From NCBI GenBank assembly GCA_951406725.2, contig OX597835.1, positions 38,688,001 to 38,752,000 on the forward strand: a DNA stretch of 64,000 bases, given 5' to 3'. A program made the translations under genes and the position numbers. The stretch comes from Octopus vulgaris (Eukaryota). Shown here one piece after another: positions 37,371 to 51,671 of this stretch. The notes beneath the pieces were generated by a model. It had not been told where the DNA came from. It saw nothing but the letters and a program-made list of their open reading frames with translations, and made no database searches. Position 1 is the first letter of the stretch. Each line of letters opens with the position of its first letter.

Positions 37371-37786
37371 AGGGGCAGGAGTGACTGTGTGGTAAGTAGC
37401 TTGCTTACGAACCACATGGTTCCGGGTTCAGTCCCACTGCGAGGCACCTTGGGCAAGTATCTTCTACTATAGCCTTGAGCCGACCAAAGCCTTGTGAGTG
37501 GATTTGGTAGACGGAAACTGAAAGAAGCCCGTCGCATATATGTATGTATATGTGTGTATGAGTGGACGTATAAGTTTGTGTGTCTGTGTCACACCCCACA
37601 ACATTGTTTGAAAACCGATTGTGGTTTGTTTACGTCTCCGTAACTTAGCGGTTCGGCAAAAGAGACCGATAGAATACGTACTAGGCTTACAAAGAATAAG
37701 TCCTGTGATCGATTTGCTCGACTAAAGGCGGTGCTCCAGCATTGCCGCAGTCAAATGATTGAAACAAGTAAAAGAAAGAAAAGAAA
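37371..37786 (+). mobile_element. SINE family B
   Basis: Colinear with other family B copies. Confidence 0.9.
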
Positions 37787-37788
37787 TA

Positions 37789-37843
<55 letters not shown>

Positions 37844-37899
37844 TTTACTCGATTTTCGAGTTTAAGCGGAACGTACGCAACACACACAATGTACTGCGG

Positions 37900-38260
37900 C
37901 GTTGCCCGGGTCGTTGATAAACATAACACAACGACCAACTGGTATCGCAGTGCATGTCATTGATAAGGGAAAATCGATTTGAAATTGTACAAATCAGTGA
38001 ACCGAAAGACGAGGTTATAGACATACTTTTTCTCTTGTATCTTTTTAAAACCCCATTGGTGTCCAGAGGGCAGCTGATATCCACAATAGAAAATATCATT
38101 ACCTTCTGGTCTCACAAAACATTGTGTTTTAATTTGGGGTTTGCTTTTCTTTTTTAAGTTCCAGCAAAATCCTTTTGATTCATCGGTCTCAATATAATCA
38201 ATTTCGTTTATGCTTAACATGCCTCATTTAGTACAGTTGCCGGGTTCCCCATAGCGTTTA
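37900..38260 (-). pseudogene. Restriction-like endonuclease domain remnant of an R4/NeSL-type LINE
   Basis: Frameshifted FCWNL, KHNVL*DQK, SIVDISCPLDTN, KIQEKKYVY and IPVG.LCYV resemble the WWN..KHNRPD..IVEISCP..K.EK..Y..IIGALG pattern. Confidence 0.55.
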
Positions 38261-38324
38261 CAAGACATTTCCCCATCCTTGGCGCTGCTGTGTAGCGGGT
38301 TCGAATCGAATAATCGACAAGTTA

Positions 38325-38502
38325 ACCATATTATTTACATTATTTACATTATTTACATTCGTCGGATATTTGTCCTCAACTTGTTTGTTGTTAACACAAA
38401 TTTTCGGCTGATCTACCCTCCAGCCTTCTTCAGGTGTCTTGGGGAAATTTCGAACGTGGGTTCTCATTCCTAAGGTATTCTTCGATGTTATTATCATTAT
38501 TA

Positions 38503-38558
<56 letters not shown>

Positions 38559-38615
38559 GTTAACAACAAACAAAATCAGGACACATATCCATTGAATGTA
38601 AATAATGTAAATAAT
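38325..38615 (-). mobile_element. Penelope-type pseudo-LTR with a damaged hammerhead (38394-38437) and an inverted partial copy
   Basis: Minus-strand ACAC-CUGAAGA-A-GGCUG...CAGCC-GAAA-AUUU-GUGU; about 38558-38615 is an inverted copy of about 38330-38396. Confidence 0.6.
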
Positions 38616-38709
38616 TCCTCATCTCTAGAAATAAGTTAAACACAGTTATATACAATATTGCACACATGGACACATATAAACACACATACACATTCACAAT
38701 TGTTTTGTG

Positions 38710-38747
<38 letters not shown>

Positions 38748-39566
38748 GTGTGTGTATACACATATACATATATACATATACATATCTTTGTTAAGGCTCC
38801 CCTCTTGTGTGTTTAAATATACACTAATTTTTATATGAAAAATATATCTTTGTATGCAGGTAAATATCAAAATAAAGTGTATATGTATAAAAATATGCGT
38901 AAGTGTGTATATTACTGCTGTATACATGTATGTATATAGCACATACACATATATACACATGCAAAAACATACCCACAATCAAATGCAGATACATGCGTAT
39001 AAACGTACATGCATGCATATGAGGATGTAAAATAATATATAATATAATATAATATAATACAATACAATATATATAATATATATTATAAAGTGCGCTCATA
39101 TAAAACACAACGAGAGGGCTTTGGGCGGCAATAGAAATTTCCTGTCGGAAGCTATAATTACGTTCAGAATGTTTCATTATGGAAACTGTTGCTAACTCTA
39201 CAGAGAACTCGTGTCTTGGGAGAAGAAAGATGTTTGGAAGGGACCAAGAGAATCTTACTTTAAAAATAGAATGTTTCCCAGGACCGGAATAGTTTCGCAA
39301 TCTTTATATTCTTTATTGCGCCTATGGTTATTATTATTGTTGTTGTTGTTGTTGTTGTTGTTATTATCATTATTGTTATTGTTGTTGTTGTTATTATTAT
39401 TATTATTTATTATTATTATTATTATTTTTATTTTTATTTTTATTAATATTATTATTATTATTATTTATTATTGTTATTATTGTTGTTATGATTATCATTA
39501 TTATCATTATTATTATTATTATTATTATTTATTATCATTATTGTTATTATTATTATTATTATTATT

Positions 39567-39617
<51 letters not shown>

Positions 39618-39896
39618 GTCATCATCACTATTTTTACGCACATACTCTACTCACATAAAAACAGATTCAGATATAGATATTCAGGTATGGGCAAGAACAG
39701 GCATGTACACGCCTTCGTAGGTTTGTACCCATACATACACTCACGTATTCATATATGTATGACTTTATAAGCCTCCCGACATACATATTTATTCATATGT
39801 AAGTATATGGAGCGAGGGGTGAGAGGATGACGATGGAAATATAAACATATAAATACATAAGAGTGTGTGTGTGAATGTGTGTATATACTGAATGTG

Positions 39897-40015
<119 letters not shown>

Positions 40016-40063
40016 GTCATTTTTATTTAATAATTGAACGCCATGCAGCGTTTGTCAACAGTA

Positions 40064-40167
<104 letters not shown>

Positions 40168-40364
40168 CATATATATATATACACATAGATAGATTGATTG
40201 ATAGATAGATAGATAGATAGATATAGATATAGATATAAATATACATATACACATATTTGCACATATATACACTTATATACATAAATATATATGGATAAAT
40301 ATATATATGCCATATTTATATGCGAGGGTGTGTACAAGCCAGATCTTGCGCGCACACACACATA

Positions 40365-40461
<97 letters not shown>

Positions 40462-40824
40462 TAGATGCATGCATACAAACACATGCACATGCACACACGC
40501 AAACACACACACCCACATATTGCTGAAATTCATATGAGCTAATATTTAATAAACCATTTTTCCCTCCAGCTAGAAATCGCATATATATATACTTTTTTCC
40601 CCTAAAAGTATGGTTCAATATCGATATCATGTGCATTAAAGCGTAAGAAAAAGGCGAATGCAGTTACGCGAAACTCGGAGTAGCGATCTGTGAAGATACA
40701 ATTATATTCTACTGGTCTCGAGTAAGCATATGATTATATATCGAACATACGCACACATATGCACACACACACATACACACACATATGACGAAGGTGCATA
40801 TATGTGTTTGTGTGTGTGTGAGAC

Positions 40825-41136
40825 GAAGGTGCATGGCTCAATAGTTAGAGCGTCGAGCTCGCAATCATGAAGTGGTGAGTTCGATTCCCGGACCGGGCTG
40901 TGTATTGTGTTCTTAAACAAGACACCTAATTTCACGTTGCTTTAATTCACTCAGCTGCTGAAATGAGTTGTGACGTCACTGGTGCCAAGCCTTTCCCTTG
41001 GATAACGTCGGTGATGTGGAGGGGGAAGGCAGGTATGCCTGGGTAACTGCTGGTCAACCATGCCTGGACTTGTGCCTCGGAGGGTAACTTTCTAGGTGCA
41101 ATTCCATGGACATTCATGACCGAAGGAAGTCTCTAC
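40825..41136 (+). mobile_element. SINE family D
   Basis: tRNA-like head, TGTGTTCTTAAACAAGACAC segment, tail GGTGCAATTCCATGG...CATGACCGAAGG; partial copy at about 45958-46136. Confidence 0.85.
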
Positions 41137-41149
41137 ACTTTGGCATATA

Positions 41150-41184
<35 letters not shown>

Positions 41185-41185
41185 G

Positions 41186-41242
<57 letters not shown>

Positions 41243-41253
41243 GTGTGTGTGTG

Positions 41254-41311
<58 letters not shown>

Positions 41312-41541
41312 ATACAAAATAAGAAAATGGAGAAATACATCGAAATCAAGTATCAATTACCAGATAATACTCAATCACATACTTTATTAAACCACCACAG
41401 AAACTATAAGGTTAAACATAATAATGTAGGGTAAAACAGTGTACATGAAGGAGTGTACATAAAATAGTAATGTTATACAATAAGTAGAATACGTACAATA
41501 GAAAATAAATATAAGTACACATAAATATAAATATAGACTAT

Positions 41542-41668
41542 ATCTTACAGCTGTTTCGGCCATGTATATAAGCATGTCTCATTTAACTTATATTAGCCAT
41601 TTATGGTAGGTCAATATGTAGTTATAAATGAGACATTTACAAAAACATCCTAAGACCTCTTCGAAGAT
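41542..41668 (-). ncRNA. Degenerate long-stem-II hammerhead motif
   Basis: AUCU-UCGAAGA-GGUC...GGCC-GAAA-CAGCUG-UA-AGAU; core positions 3-4 altered; internal 12-bp helix ATGTCTCATTTA/TAAATGAGACAT. Confidence 0.5.
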
Positions 41669-42274
41669 TACAAATTAGATTACATACATACTTATATAGG
41701 TGAGGGTACATACCCATAATAAAACATATTCACACTCCTATACATATAAATATACATATACATAATGATATAAATAATATAAATTAATAAACATACATAT
41801 GCTCCACATTCAATGTTACAGTTTATCAACTTAATGTGATAATTACAATGTAGAAAAGCATACACATATTAATATCTAAATGCAGATATAGAGAGTCAAG
41901 ATTACATTCTATTAGTTCTTATTAATTTCTAAAATGTCATTAATGCTAGCATCATTATCATTGTCGTTACCACTAACGCTACCTATATCATCATTCATAT
42001 TATTATTAATAACGCTAATACTAGAGAAACAATACATAAATTCCATTATTAGCAATATAGTCACAATAGTATTACAATACCATGCAAAGTGTTAGATATC
42101 TTCATATACATACGAAATATGAAGTACCAGCATTCTGTTTATACTACATTTATGGCGTTTTTAAATTTTGGTTTCTTTTTTTGTTTACCGAGAATTCTAT
42201 TTTTGGAATCTATTTTGTTTTGTTTCTTTTCTAGTTAATTTTAATTCATTTTTGTTTATTTTCAGATCATTAAA

Positions 42275-43060
42275 ATGGAATGTCAAGTTAAGAAAAACTA
42301 TCATTTTCCACACCTCCTTCTTTTTGTTTTTAATCAAGGTTCTAAGGCCGCAAAAGCTGCTCGCGATATTTGTGCTGTGTATGGAGAGGGTGCCATAGCT
42401 GAAAGAACCGCTCCTGATTGGTATGCCAAGTTCGAAAATGGAACTTTTGACTTCAAAGACGCACCTCGTTCTGGTCGTCCAGTTGAGTTCGATGAAGAGC
42501 GATTAAACCAACTTTTGCACGAAAATTCTCGTCAAACGACCGGGGAACAGAGAAAATGGAATGCTCCCACACTGCTATAGAGATGCATCTTCACTCGATG
42601 GGAAAGGTTCAGAAGTATGGAGTATGAGTTCCGCATGCTTTCAGTGACAACAACAAAAATCGAGCCACAATCTCCGCTGGTTTTCTTGCTCGTCACTGCT
42701 CAACTCATGGACGCAAGCAACGATTTCTTTACCGAATCGTTACTGGCGACGAAAAATGGTGCCTGTACACCAATATGAAGCAGCGAAAGGAATGGCTTAG
42801 CCCCGGTAAACAAGCAACACCGCACGTGAAACAAGATTTTCATCAGCGTAAAACGTTGTTGTGCGTATGGTGGGACTGGGAAGGGATTATCCATTACGAA
42901 TTGCTTGAACGGAACCAAACCGTCAACACGGAACTCTATGTTCAACAGATGGAACGACTCAACATGACTGTTCAAGAGAAATGACCTAATCGGCAGCATG
43001 GGGTTCTTCAGCTGCACGACAACGCACGTCATCATATCGCCAAGGAAATCATTCAAGCGC
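42275..43060 (+). pseudogene. Mariner transposase pseudogene (Mos1/SETMAR-like), 3' truncated
   Basis: HTH region with DAPRSGRP, then *VPHAF, RIVTGDEKW, LCVWWD, HYELL, LHDNARHH; frameshift and stop codons. Confidence 0.95.
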
Positions 43061-43121
43061 ATTTAAACTTACGGGTGGTACGATGTATCTTGTATACATC
43101 GTACCACCCGTGCGTTTAAAT
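43061..43121. repeat. 61-nt near-perfect hairpin
   Basis: ATTTAAACttACGGGTGGTACGATGTAT-CTTGT-ATACATCGTACCACCCGTgcGTTTAAAT; 28-nt arms with two mismatches. Confidence 0.9.
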
Positions 43122-43383
43122 ATTTTAAATAACATTCTGACCATTCCAAAATTTTCAAATCCTAATACTTTATAACCAAATGAAAAATTAATATACCATA
43201 CTAGCTTTTATTCAACTTGCACAGATTACTAAGAAACTGCATTGCATATATGAATCTGAATATATAGAATTAGAATTTTTTTCTCCAAATATAGTAAATA
43301 TTAGGTCTAAAATTTTCTTTTAATTCAACTTATTAAAATAATCACTACTTACTAGCTAATTATGATAATATATTAATGGAAAT

Positions 43384-43440
<57 letters not shown>

Positions 43441-44490
43441 ATCCAAACAAGAAAACACAGAAAAAAAGAGAAAAAAAAACACAGCAACGCGAGGACGTGG
43501 AACAATTATATATATATATAGCAGAAATATGTTACGAAAAGGAAATATAAAATACGCGTGGAAATGTAAGGGTAAAATATGAAAAATCAACGAAAATGCA
43601 TATTGCAAATAGAAAAAGGCTATTTATGACAGATAGTGACAAATATATACTTTTAGATTGACTGAGGTAGTAATACGAGTCATGAAGGTTATTATTATGA
43701 GATGATTATAAGATGATAATAAAGTAAGAGAACAAAACGAACCAGTAGTTTACGCGAAGGCTATTCATCGTTTGAACAACCTTATATATATATTTATATA
43801 AATATGAAATGATTTCTATATCTTCTATAACTATATAAGATACAAATATTTATTGAAATCATTTCGCTTATTGTCTGAGGGTATTTGCTTAGGTTTCTTG
43901 TAGAATCCGGATGTCAAGTGGTAGTAGTCATTAAAACCTCTAGGACATTAATAGTCTATATTCCCCTACCACTTTAACTTCAACATGAATAATTTTTGAC
44001 ATTTGTTCTATCCCTTCCTATATCTATAAATCGAAAAAAATTCTTTGTCTCCATCCAACCGAAAATCCCCCCTCCCCACTAACAGATCTAAATAACTAAG
44101 TGAAAAATCTACAGTGAAGGAGTAATTTTAATATTATCATGTTCTTGAGAATCGAATCAACCCCTCTGTCTGTATATCTACCCTCTTTATAATGTTGGCA
44201 AACGAAATGGAAATAAGAATATATATTGTCCGTTTGATGGAAGACTTCTATAAATGGCTGAAGATTGCTCAACATTTTAAAACTGATGTAATACTTACAG
44301 TGTTTAATAAAATGAAGTAGCATGAAACGATCGTACCAAATTACCTAAGATATACTTGTTGCTTATTTTGATTTGATTATAATCACCCCATGGATATATA
44401 TGGATAATACCATACAAAATTCTGGTGCATCTGACTTAAGTACCATATTTATCTGAATCTAAATTTTGCTGGACTTATATATACATATAT

Positions 44491-44533
<43 letters not shown>

Positions 44534-44569
44534 CAAACATATATATACATATGCATATATATATACATG

Positions 44570-44612
<43 letters not shown>

Positions 44613-44637
44613 TATTTATATGTGTGTGTATATATAT

Positions 44638-44673
<36 letters not shown>

Positions 44674-45181
44674 GAATACATATATATATGCGCGTGTTTG
44701 GTGGGGTTGTATTAGCGTAAAATTGATTGTTCGTTCCTCATCCTCTCGAAGTTGTTCACATGGGATTATTTTTCAAAGCATCTGCACAATGGATCACACA
44801 CAAACACACAAACTTCGGGGAACGTTGCGGAGATGGAATTAGTGGAGGCCAAAGAAACGAAGATTAATATTTATGTAGTGTAGGATAAATATCCCGATGG
44901 ATTGCAATGGTCATAATGTCAGACTCTTTGAAGCCCATCCAGTTTTGAGATCCGACGAAAGCAAACATTTGTAATATTCTTTTTTATCTCAAAATGTTTT
45001 GTTTTCAATAGAGCAACAGTTCATGCCTTTTTTTCTGCTCTCTTAAGAGTACACTCTAGAGTACCTTTTCTCTCGTCTTCAATTGTAAATAAAATGTAAT
45101 GGAAATTTACTCACGCACAAACACACACATAGAGGTACACAAGCACAGACACACAACCACACACACACAGACTTATGTATG

Positions 45182-45213
<32 letters not shown>

Positions 45214-45278
45214 CACACATACAGTTAGATAGAAAGATTCATACGCGTATATTTGCGCGCGCGTGTGTGTGTGTGTGT

Positions 45279-45479
45279 GCAGGCATGGCTGTGTGTGTGC
45301 AGGCATGGCTGTGTGTGTGCAGGCATGGCTGTGTGTTGAGAAGTTTACTTCCCAACCACAAGGTTTTGGGTTCAGTGCCCTACGTGGGACCTTGGCAGGT
45401 GCATTCTATCATAGCTTCGGGCCGAGCAAAGGCTTGTGAGCGGATTTAGTACACGGAAACTGAAAGAAGCCCGTCGTAT
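45279..45479 (+). mobile_element. SINE family B 5' half with a triplicated 20-nt head
   Basis: GCAGGCATGGCTGTGTGT occurs three times at 20-nt spacing before the SINE body. Confidence 0.8.
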
Positions 45480-46154
45480 ATATATATATATATATATTTA
45501 AAGGCTAAAACAATGCGAAGGTCATATATGTAAATACACACACACACATATTAAGAACGGGACATCACCAAAGAGTGAAAAATATGTAAAAACATAAATA
45601 GCCATCTACTGCTGTTCATAGGAGTCCGCCAAACGCTGTGCAGCAGCACACGCCATGAGTCAATCCGCTTCTACTAAATTCAAGCCATGACAGACGGAGG
45701 GGATGGCCTTAAAGTAGACGATTTTAAACTAACTGCGACAACACTTGCATATCACCTGAGGAAACACAACTAGATCTCATTATGCAAAGAAACAGTTGCA
45801 TAATCAACTACCTTTATTTTTGGAGTTCTACGTTGTGTGGAAACAGTTGTAGTGATTAAAAAATAACTGTCCAACCGTACTCCTTCTTGTTGACCCCAAT
45901 TTCTTCAGTTCTATATTCACACGCGACAAATGCCCAAACTTGAACCTGGAACTATATAATGACCGAAGGGGGTCTTTACCTTTTACTTTATGTACAATCA
46001 CTGGTGTGGAGAGGAGAGGCTGGTATGCATGGGCTACTGCTGATCTTCCATAAAACAACGTTACTCGGACTTGTGCTTCGAAGGGTAACTTTCTAGGTGC
46101 AATCCCATGGTCACTCATGACCAAATTGGGTCTTTATGGGGACGTAATCTTTTG

Positions 46155-46595
46155 AATTTTACTTATGTCAGTCACTGGACTGTGGCCATGCTGGGACACC
46201 ACTTTGAAGGGTTTTTAGTTAAAGAAATTGGTGCCTATTTTTTAAAGTCTAATATTTATTCTTAGCGTCTCTTTTTCGGAACCGCTAAGTTACAGGGATG
46301 TAGATAAACTGACATCGGTTATCAAGCAGTGGGCGGGGTGGACAGAAACATGCACAAAGAGACACAACCACATGCACATGCATACACACACACATACACG
46401 CACCCACGCGCGCACGCATAAATACATACATGCATGCATGTATATACGACGGGCTTCCACACAGTTTTCGTCACTTACAAGGCATTAGAATGGGTAAGCT
46501 GGCGGCTGAAGTTGGAGATATTTGCCCAAATTATCACTCCATGGGTCTGAATCCGAAATCAAATGGTTGTAAATCGACCTTCTTAATACAGCCAA
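46155..46595 (-). mobile_element. SINE family B, diverged
   Basis: GACTGTGGCCATGCTGG, GAACCGCTAAGTTAC and ACGACGGGCTTC blocks. Confidence 0.7.
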
Positions 46596-46651
46596 AACTT
46601 TCCTCGATGTGTTGGGCATGGCTAGAACATGTTCGCTCATAAGTATACAAC

Positions 46652-46879
46652 AAGGCGAGGTGGCAGAACCGTTAACACGCCGGGCGAAATGCTAAGCGGT
46701 ACTTCGTCTGCCGTTACGTTCTGAGTTCAAATTCCGATGCGGTCGATTTTGCTTTTCATCCTTTCGGAGTCGATTAAATAAGTACCAGTTACGCACTGGG
46801 GTCGATGTAATCGACTTAATCCGTTTGTCTGTCCTTGTTTGTCCTCTCCATGTATAGCCCCTTGTGGGTAGTAAAGAAA
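46652..46879 (+). mobile_element. SINE family A monomer
   Basis: Head, core and tail colinear with family A. Confidence 0.9.
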
Positions 46880-47583
46880 CATATATACAAAAAACATCAC
46901 AACACAAACGCACACACGTAGATTTATGAGCATGCGCATGAATGCCACTATTTGCTGCTAATCCCTTCTCTCACTGCCAATGATAATCTCCTCACAAAGA
47001 ACACAAGAACGCTCGACACTCGAAAGTCTTCACCACCATCATCCCCCACCGCCCTGCACCACCACAAAACCCATCCTCAACCGCCATCTTTAACACATAT
47101 CGGTTCTCAGCAGCACCATCTCCATCAACATGACCATCACCACTGAAAACAAATCGTACATCTATAGCAACAGATACAATCATATGGTCAGGACTATTTC
47201 TTAGCTTCATTACGCAGCGCCAGTATCACCCGCCAACACCCAAAACCCCATCAATATCGTCAATAGCACCATTGTACATGAATATCGCTAGGATCAGGCT
47301 CTGCCACCAACACCACTACCACCACTGTCACTACACTGCACCGCATTCACCCTCGTCATACCCACCTCACACACTCGTAAACTACACCAAAATATTTCGG
47401 AGAAGTATCTCCCTTCTCTCTCCCCATAAATGTATTTAGGTGTGTTGTGAGTGTGTGTATTGGCGTACATACACACAAACATGCATATATATATATATCC
47501 ACACATGCATACACACACATTCATAAATATATATTTGCGTATTGTATACACACACACACGCACACACACACACATACACGCAC

Positions 47584-47632
<49 letters not shown>

Positions 47633-47789
47633 TACATATATATATATACATACATATATACACTCACAAATATACACATATTCATTACATACATGCATGT
47701 TTTTATGTATATAGATATGCATCTGTGTATATGTTTGTACGTATGTACGTAATTATGTATGCGTGTATGTATGTATGTATATGTATGTG

Positions 47790-47821
<32 letters not shown>

Positions 47822-48554
47822 TGTATGTATGTATGTATGTATGTTTGTATGTATGTAATTATGCATGCCTTTATGTATGTACGTGAGTATGTCTATCCTT
47901 GACAACTGACAAATAAAGCCCCACCTATTTTTAATTACACAGGAAAAAATGAAACTCCATTGGAACTGGGGCAGAAAAACCTTTCATAGTCGTCACCTAG
48001 TTTGTTCATTGTGCGTTTGGTCAGGTCAAACAGGGGATAGGATACAATTAACCCAAATATTTCGTGTCCGGGGTGCGACATAAATATCTCAGAGAGCAGG
48101 ACGATAGGAACGGCAGCGACTCGGATACAAATGCCAGCCAACCGAGCCAAATAAAAAGGGGCGAGAGGGAGAGGAAAGAAGGGAGAGAAAGTAGGGGTAT
48201 AGAGAGATAGTGAGAGAGGAGTGATAGATAGATAGATAGATAGAATGATAGAGGGAGAGAGAGAGGACGATGACAACGTGGTCATCCGACATTTAATGTT
48301 TTGTAATTTCATATCACAAATTGTTAACAATAGCGTCGTTGTTCACAGGTTCCCAATAGCCTAAAAGCCAAATATTTTGATGCATTTGGGACGACGATAA
48401 TAACAATGAGGTGTCTGTAAGTTGGTGTGAAACTAATATCTAGGAACTTTATTAGTACAGCATCAAGTTTTCTATTAGTATTATTATTTATCTTATTATT
48501 ATTTTGTTTTATACGAAGTTTTTCGAATATTTACTCAGAGACCTAAAGTAACAA

Positions 48555-48860
48555 GTTGGACGGTTTACTATGGGCGTTATTTATGATCAGCAATGATATA
48601 TTGTCAGGAAAGAAGACCAGAAACTGAGAACTTAGACTCTTAAATTTGTAATATTGCAGTTTTTGAAACAGTTTTAAGAGAATCATGTCTTTTTCATGTT
48701 GATAATGTTGGACGGTTTACTATGGGCGTTATTTATGATCAGCAATGATATATTGTAGGGAAAGAAAACCAGAAGCCGAGAACTAAGATTCTGTTAATTT
48801 TGTAATATTTCAAATTTTGAAGCAGTTTTAGGAAAATCAGGTCTTTTTCATGTTGACAAT
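48555..48860. repeat. 152-bp tandem duplication (R4 stop codon / 3' UTR region)
   Basis: Units start at 48555 and 48707; the first 50 nt are identical. Confidence 0.92.
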
Positions 48861-48874
48861 GTTTTTCTTGAGAT

Positions 48875-49091
48875 AAGGCGGCGAGCTTGCAGAATCGTTA
48901 ACACGTCCGCCAAAATGCTTAGCGGCATTTCGTCCGTCTTTACTTTGCAAGTTCATATTCTGCCGAGGTCAGATTTGTCTTTCATCCTTTCGGGGGTCGA
49001 TAAAATAAGTACCAGTTGAACACTGGTGTCGATGTAATCGACTTACCCCCACCCCTTAAAATTGCAGGCCTAGAGCCCAAATTTGAAATTG
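48875..49091 (+). mobile_element. SINE family A (alternative tail) inserted in the R4 ORF end
   Basis: Imperfect TSD ATGTTTTTCTTGAGAT / ATATTTTTCTTGGGAT. Confidence 0.85.
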
Positions 49092-49398
49092 ATATTTTTC
49101 TTGGGATGTGGGCTACTACCATGAGAAGAATTCTTTGAAGCTCTGATAATTTTTGGGTTTACCTTGTAATTGTACTGATACTTTGGGGTTTCTTTTTATT
49201 TGGCTATAGTATTTCAGAGCGCCATTTTGCATTGGTCCCCACAGCTCCGATGAGCACAGGCATAGCTATTGATCTGTGATGTCACATTTTTGAGAACTCT
49301 ATTTCAAGATCGTTATATTTACATAACTTTCCAAATGTTTTAGCAGAAGTGTTTCAGACTTCTGGAATTGACATGTCTATGAGCAAATATGTTTTGTC

Positions 49399-49451
<53 letters not shown>

Positions 49452-49751
49452 CTATCCTATTGGCTTGAATAGCACGATCAGTTTAAATAGCAAAGTCCTA
49501 AAAACGGTGATATCTTTTTTTTTCTACTATTTAGGTAGTTTTGTTTTCCCCACCAATTCTCATATTGAAGTCCAGACTTCCGGTATACGACCAGGTGCAA
49601 ATACCAGCCAAATCTAATCATTACGATTAATATATTCATTTGAGGCGAATATAGAACATCCAGAGATGAGGGGACAATTATATCCCTGGCTGCACCACAA
49701 AAACAGCTGGCAGGATGAGAACCATATTAAAGAGTGTTCGGGCATTAGATT

Positions 49752-49924
49752 CGGCGAGCTGTCTGAAACGTTTGCACGCCGGGCGAAATGCTTTGCGGTA
49801 TTTCGTCTGCCGCTACGTTCTGAGTTCAAATTCCGCCGAGGTTGACTTTGCTTTTCATCCTTTCGGGGTCAATAAATTAAGCACTGGGGTCGATGTAATC
49901 GACTTAATCCGTTTGTCTGTCCTT
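49752..49924 (+). mobile_element. SINE family A inserted in the R4 element
   Basis: Head and core colinear with family A. Confidence 0.88.
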
Positions 49925-51671
49925 CATTGATTTGTCTATCGTATACTCTGCATCAATGTTTCGTACCATTCAACAACATACTTAAGTGAATGAGAGTCAC
50001 GCAAAAGAGTCCTGGGGATCGAGAAACACCATGAAATTACCGTAGTTTGTGTGTTCAGTAATGATGGATGTTAGTAATTCATACAAGGTCGTAAAACCTA
50101 ATTGATCGGTTATTTTAGTCATTTTTGAGAACTAATTTACTTCATTTAACAGCCAAGGTGGGATTTTTTGGAGATCATAAATGGTGCTATTGCAGAAGTG
50201 AGTCAGTTTCCCATGGGATTCAAAGAAGGTATTTATTCAAAAGTTAGAGATTTTATCTTTCCTAGGTAATTTCCATTTGCTGGTTTATTTTCACTGTAGT
50301 CCTAAGATCTTCAACAGAGATATCTTCCCATATTTACTCTTTAATACGTTCAGAGACTCTGACTTGTAGATGAATCCGGGGAGAATCACTATTGTGTACT
50401 TAAGGGTGCGACCACATCAATGTTCAAAGCTGTTGAATTTCTTCGTTGCTAAGTTTGGTCTTAATAGTTACATTAGCTTTTGCAATTTTTCTATAAAACT
50501 TTTAAGATTCTTCCGAAATATATTGTTATCCTCGAAAAACTTTGCTCTCTTCTCAAGTCTCCTTATCCATGCTGCTTTGGCTTGGATAATTTGCATGATT
50601 TTTTCCAAATGCTTCATCGATTTCGCTTATTTTATAATTCATATTCTCTTTTCAGCTTCTTTTGATTTTTTAACATGTTTTTGATCTTCATGTTCTTGAG
50701 TATTTCAATATCAGATCTGAGTGCACTAATTTTATTTCTAATTTCCTCTTGCTACGGTGGTTTCCTGTTTATTTGTTCAATCTTTCTCTCTACTTGAATA
50801 CCACACAGTGCAGTAGTCATTGAAACTTCAACATAAAGCAGATTATTCAGCGAGGTGAGATCTACTTCATTTTTACTTCAGATGGATTTTATAACTGCAT
50901 TTACCTTACCTAATTAATCTAGCATTTTGTTTGAATTTCGAATCTTGGGAAGATTATTTCGGTCTCTCAATTCGGTGTGTTTCACTTTCAGCCACTCTAA
51001 TAGAATTTTTGTTTTAATTGCCAAATTGCCAAATTTAGTGTCTGTGTTTCCATCTCACCCTCAGTTACATCAGCGTCAGGGGCAATTTCACCGATTACTT
51101 TGCTTTAGGTATCTTTCGCACCAGATTCTACTCCCACAGTAATGGGATGTTTTGTATCATTATTTGCATTCATATTTGTTCACTATCGGCCTGAACATAT
51201 AACTGAATTTGTTGGATATCCAGTTCAGTCAGCAGCCTTTCTTTATGATGTTCCTACGAACATTAGCTAATATATTACTATCTATTGCAGCGTGGAAGGT
51301 GTTTGTAAGCCATTTAAGAAACTCACAAAAGCCGTTCGATTCACTTCAACATTTAAGTTTAATTTGCTAAAATATTTTCGTCGCTATAAGACCTATCTAT
51401 TGGTATTGGGTTTTTCTCTCCAATTAAAGTATATTTGTTCTGAATTTGATCTCCCAGTTGGAAAGTATATTGCAGTATAATAGGCCTCCTGAACATCCAT
51501 ATTATCTTCCCTAGACCATTTTTGTCATGTTTTAGCTGCACCATATGAAGATGATGTGATTGGCTATTATTTGGTAATTCTGAACAGATCATATAAACCT
51601 ATAACTATATCTAAAATACAGTCAACAACATTGACTGATTCGCGCCAGTAGAACGTCAGGGCGTGGAAATT

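Larger units (their letters stand above)
48480..51590 (-). mobile_element. Deleted R4/Dong-like non-LTR retrotransposon with nested insertions
   Basis: Ordered decayed motifs: KWSREDNMDVQEAYY, ANVRRNII, KPP*QEEIRNKISALRSD, QAKAAWIRRLEKR, KWKLPRKDKISNF, LYELLTSII, FHGVSRSPGLFCVTL (RT FQGDSLSP), LISGCSIFASNEYINRND, TDRAIQANR, LLIDMSIP..KYNDLEIE..PVLIGAVG (RLE); (TAA)-rich 3' flank. Confidence 0.88.

Noticed and set aside
43860-44460. Possible Penelope coding remnant (CPFDG-like motif)
   Set aside because: Too decayed to align convincingly by eye.
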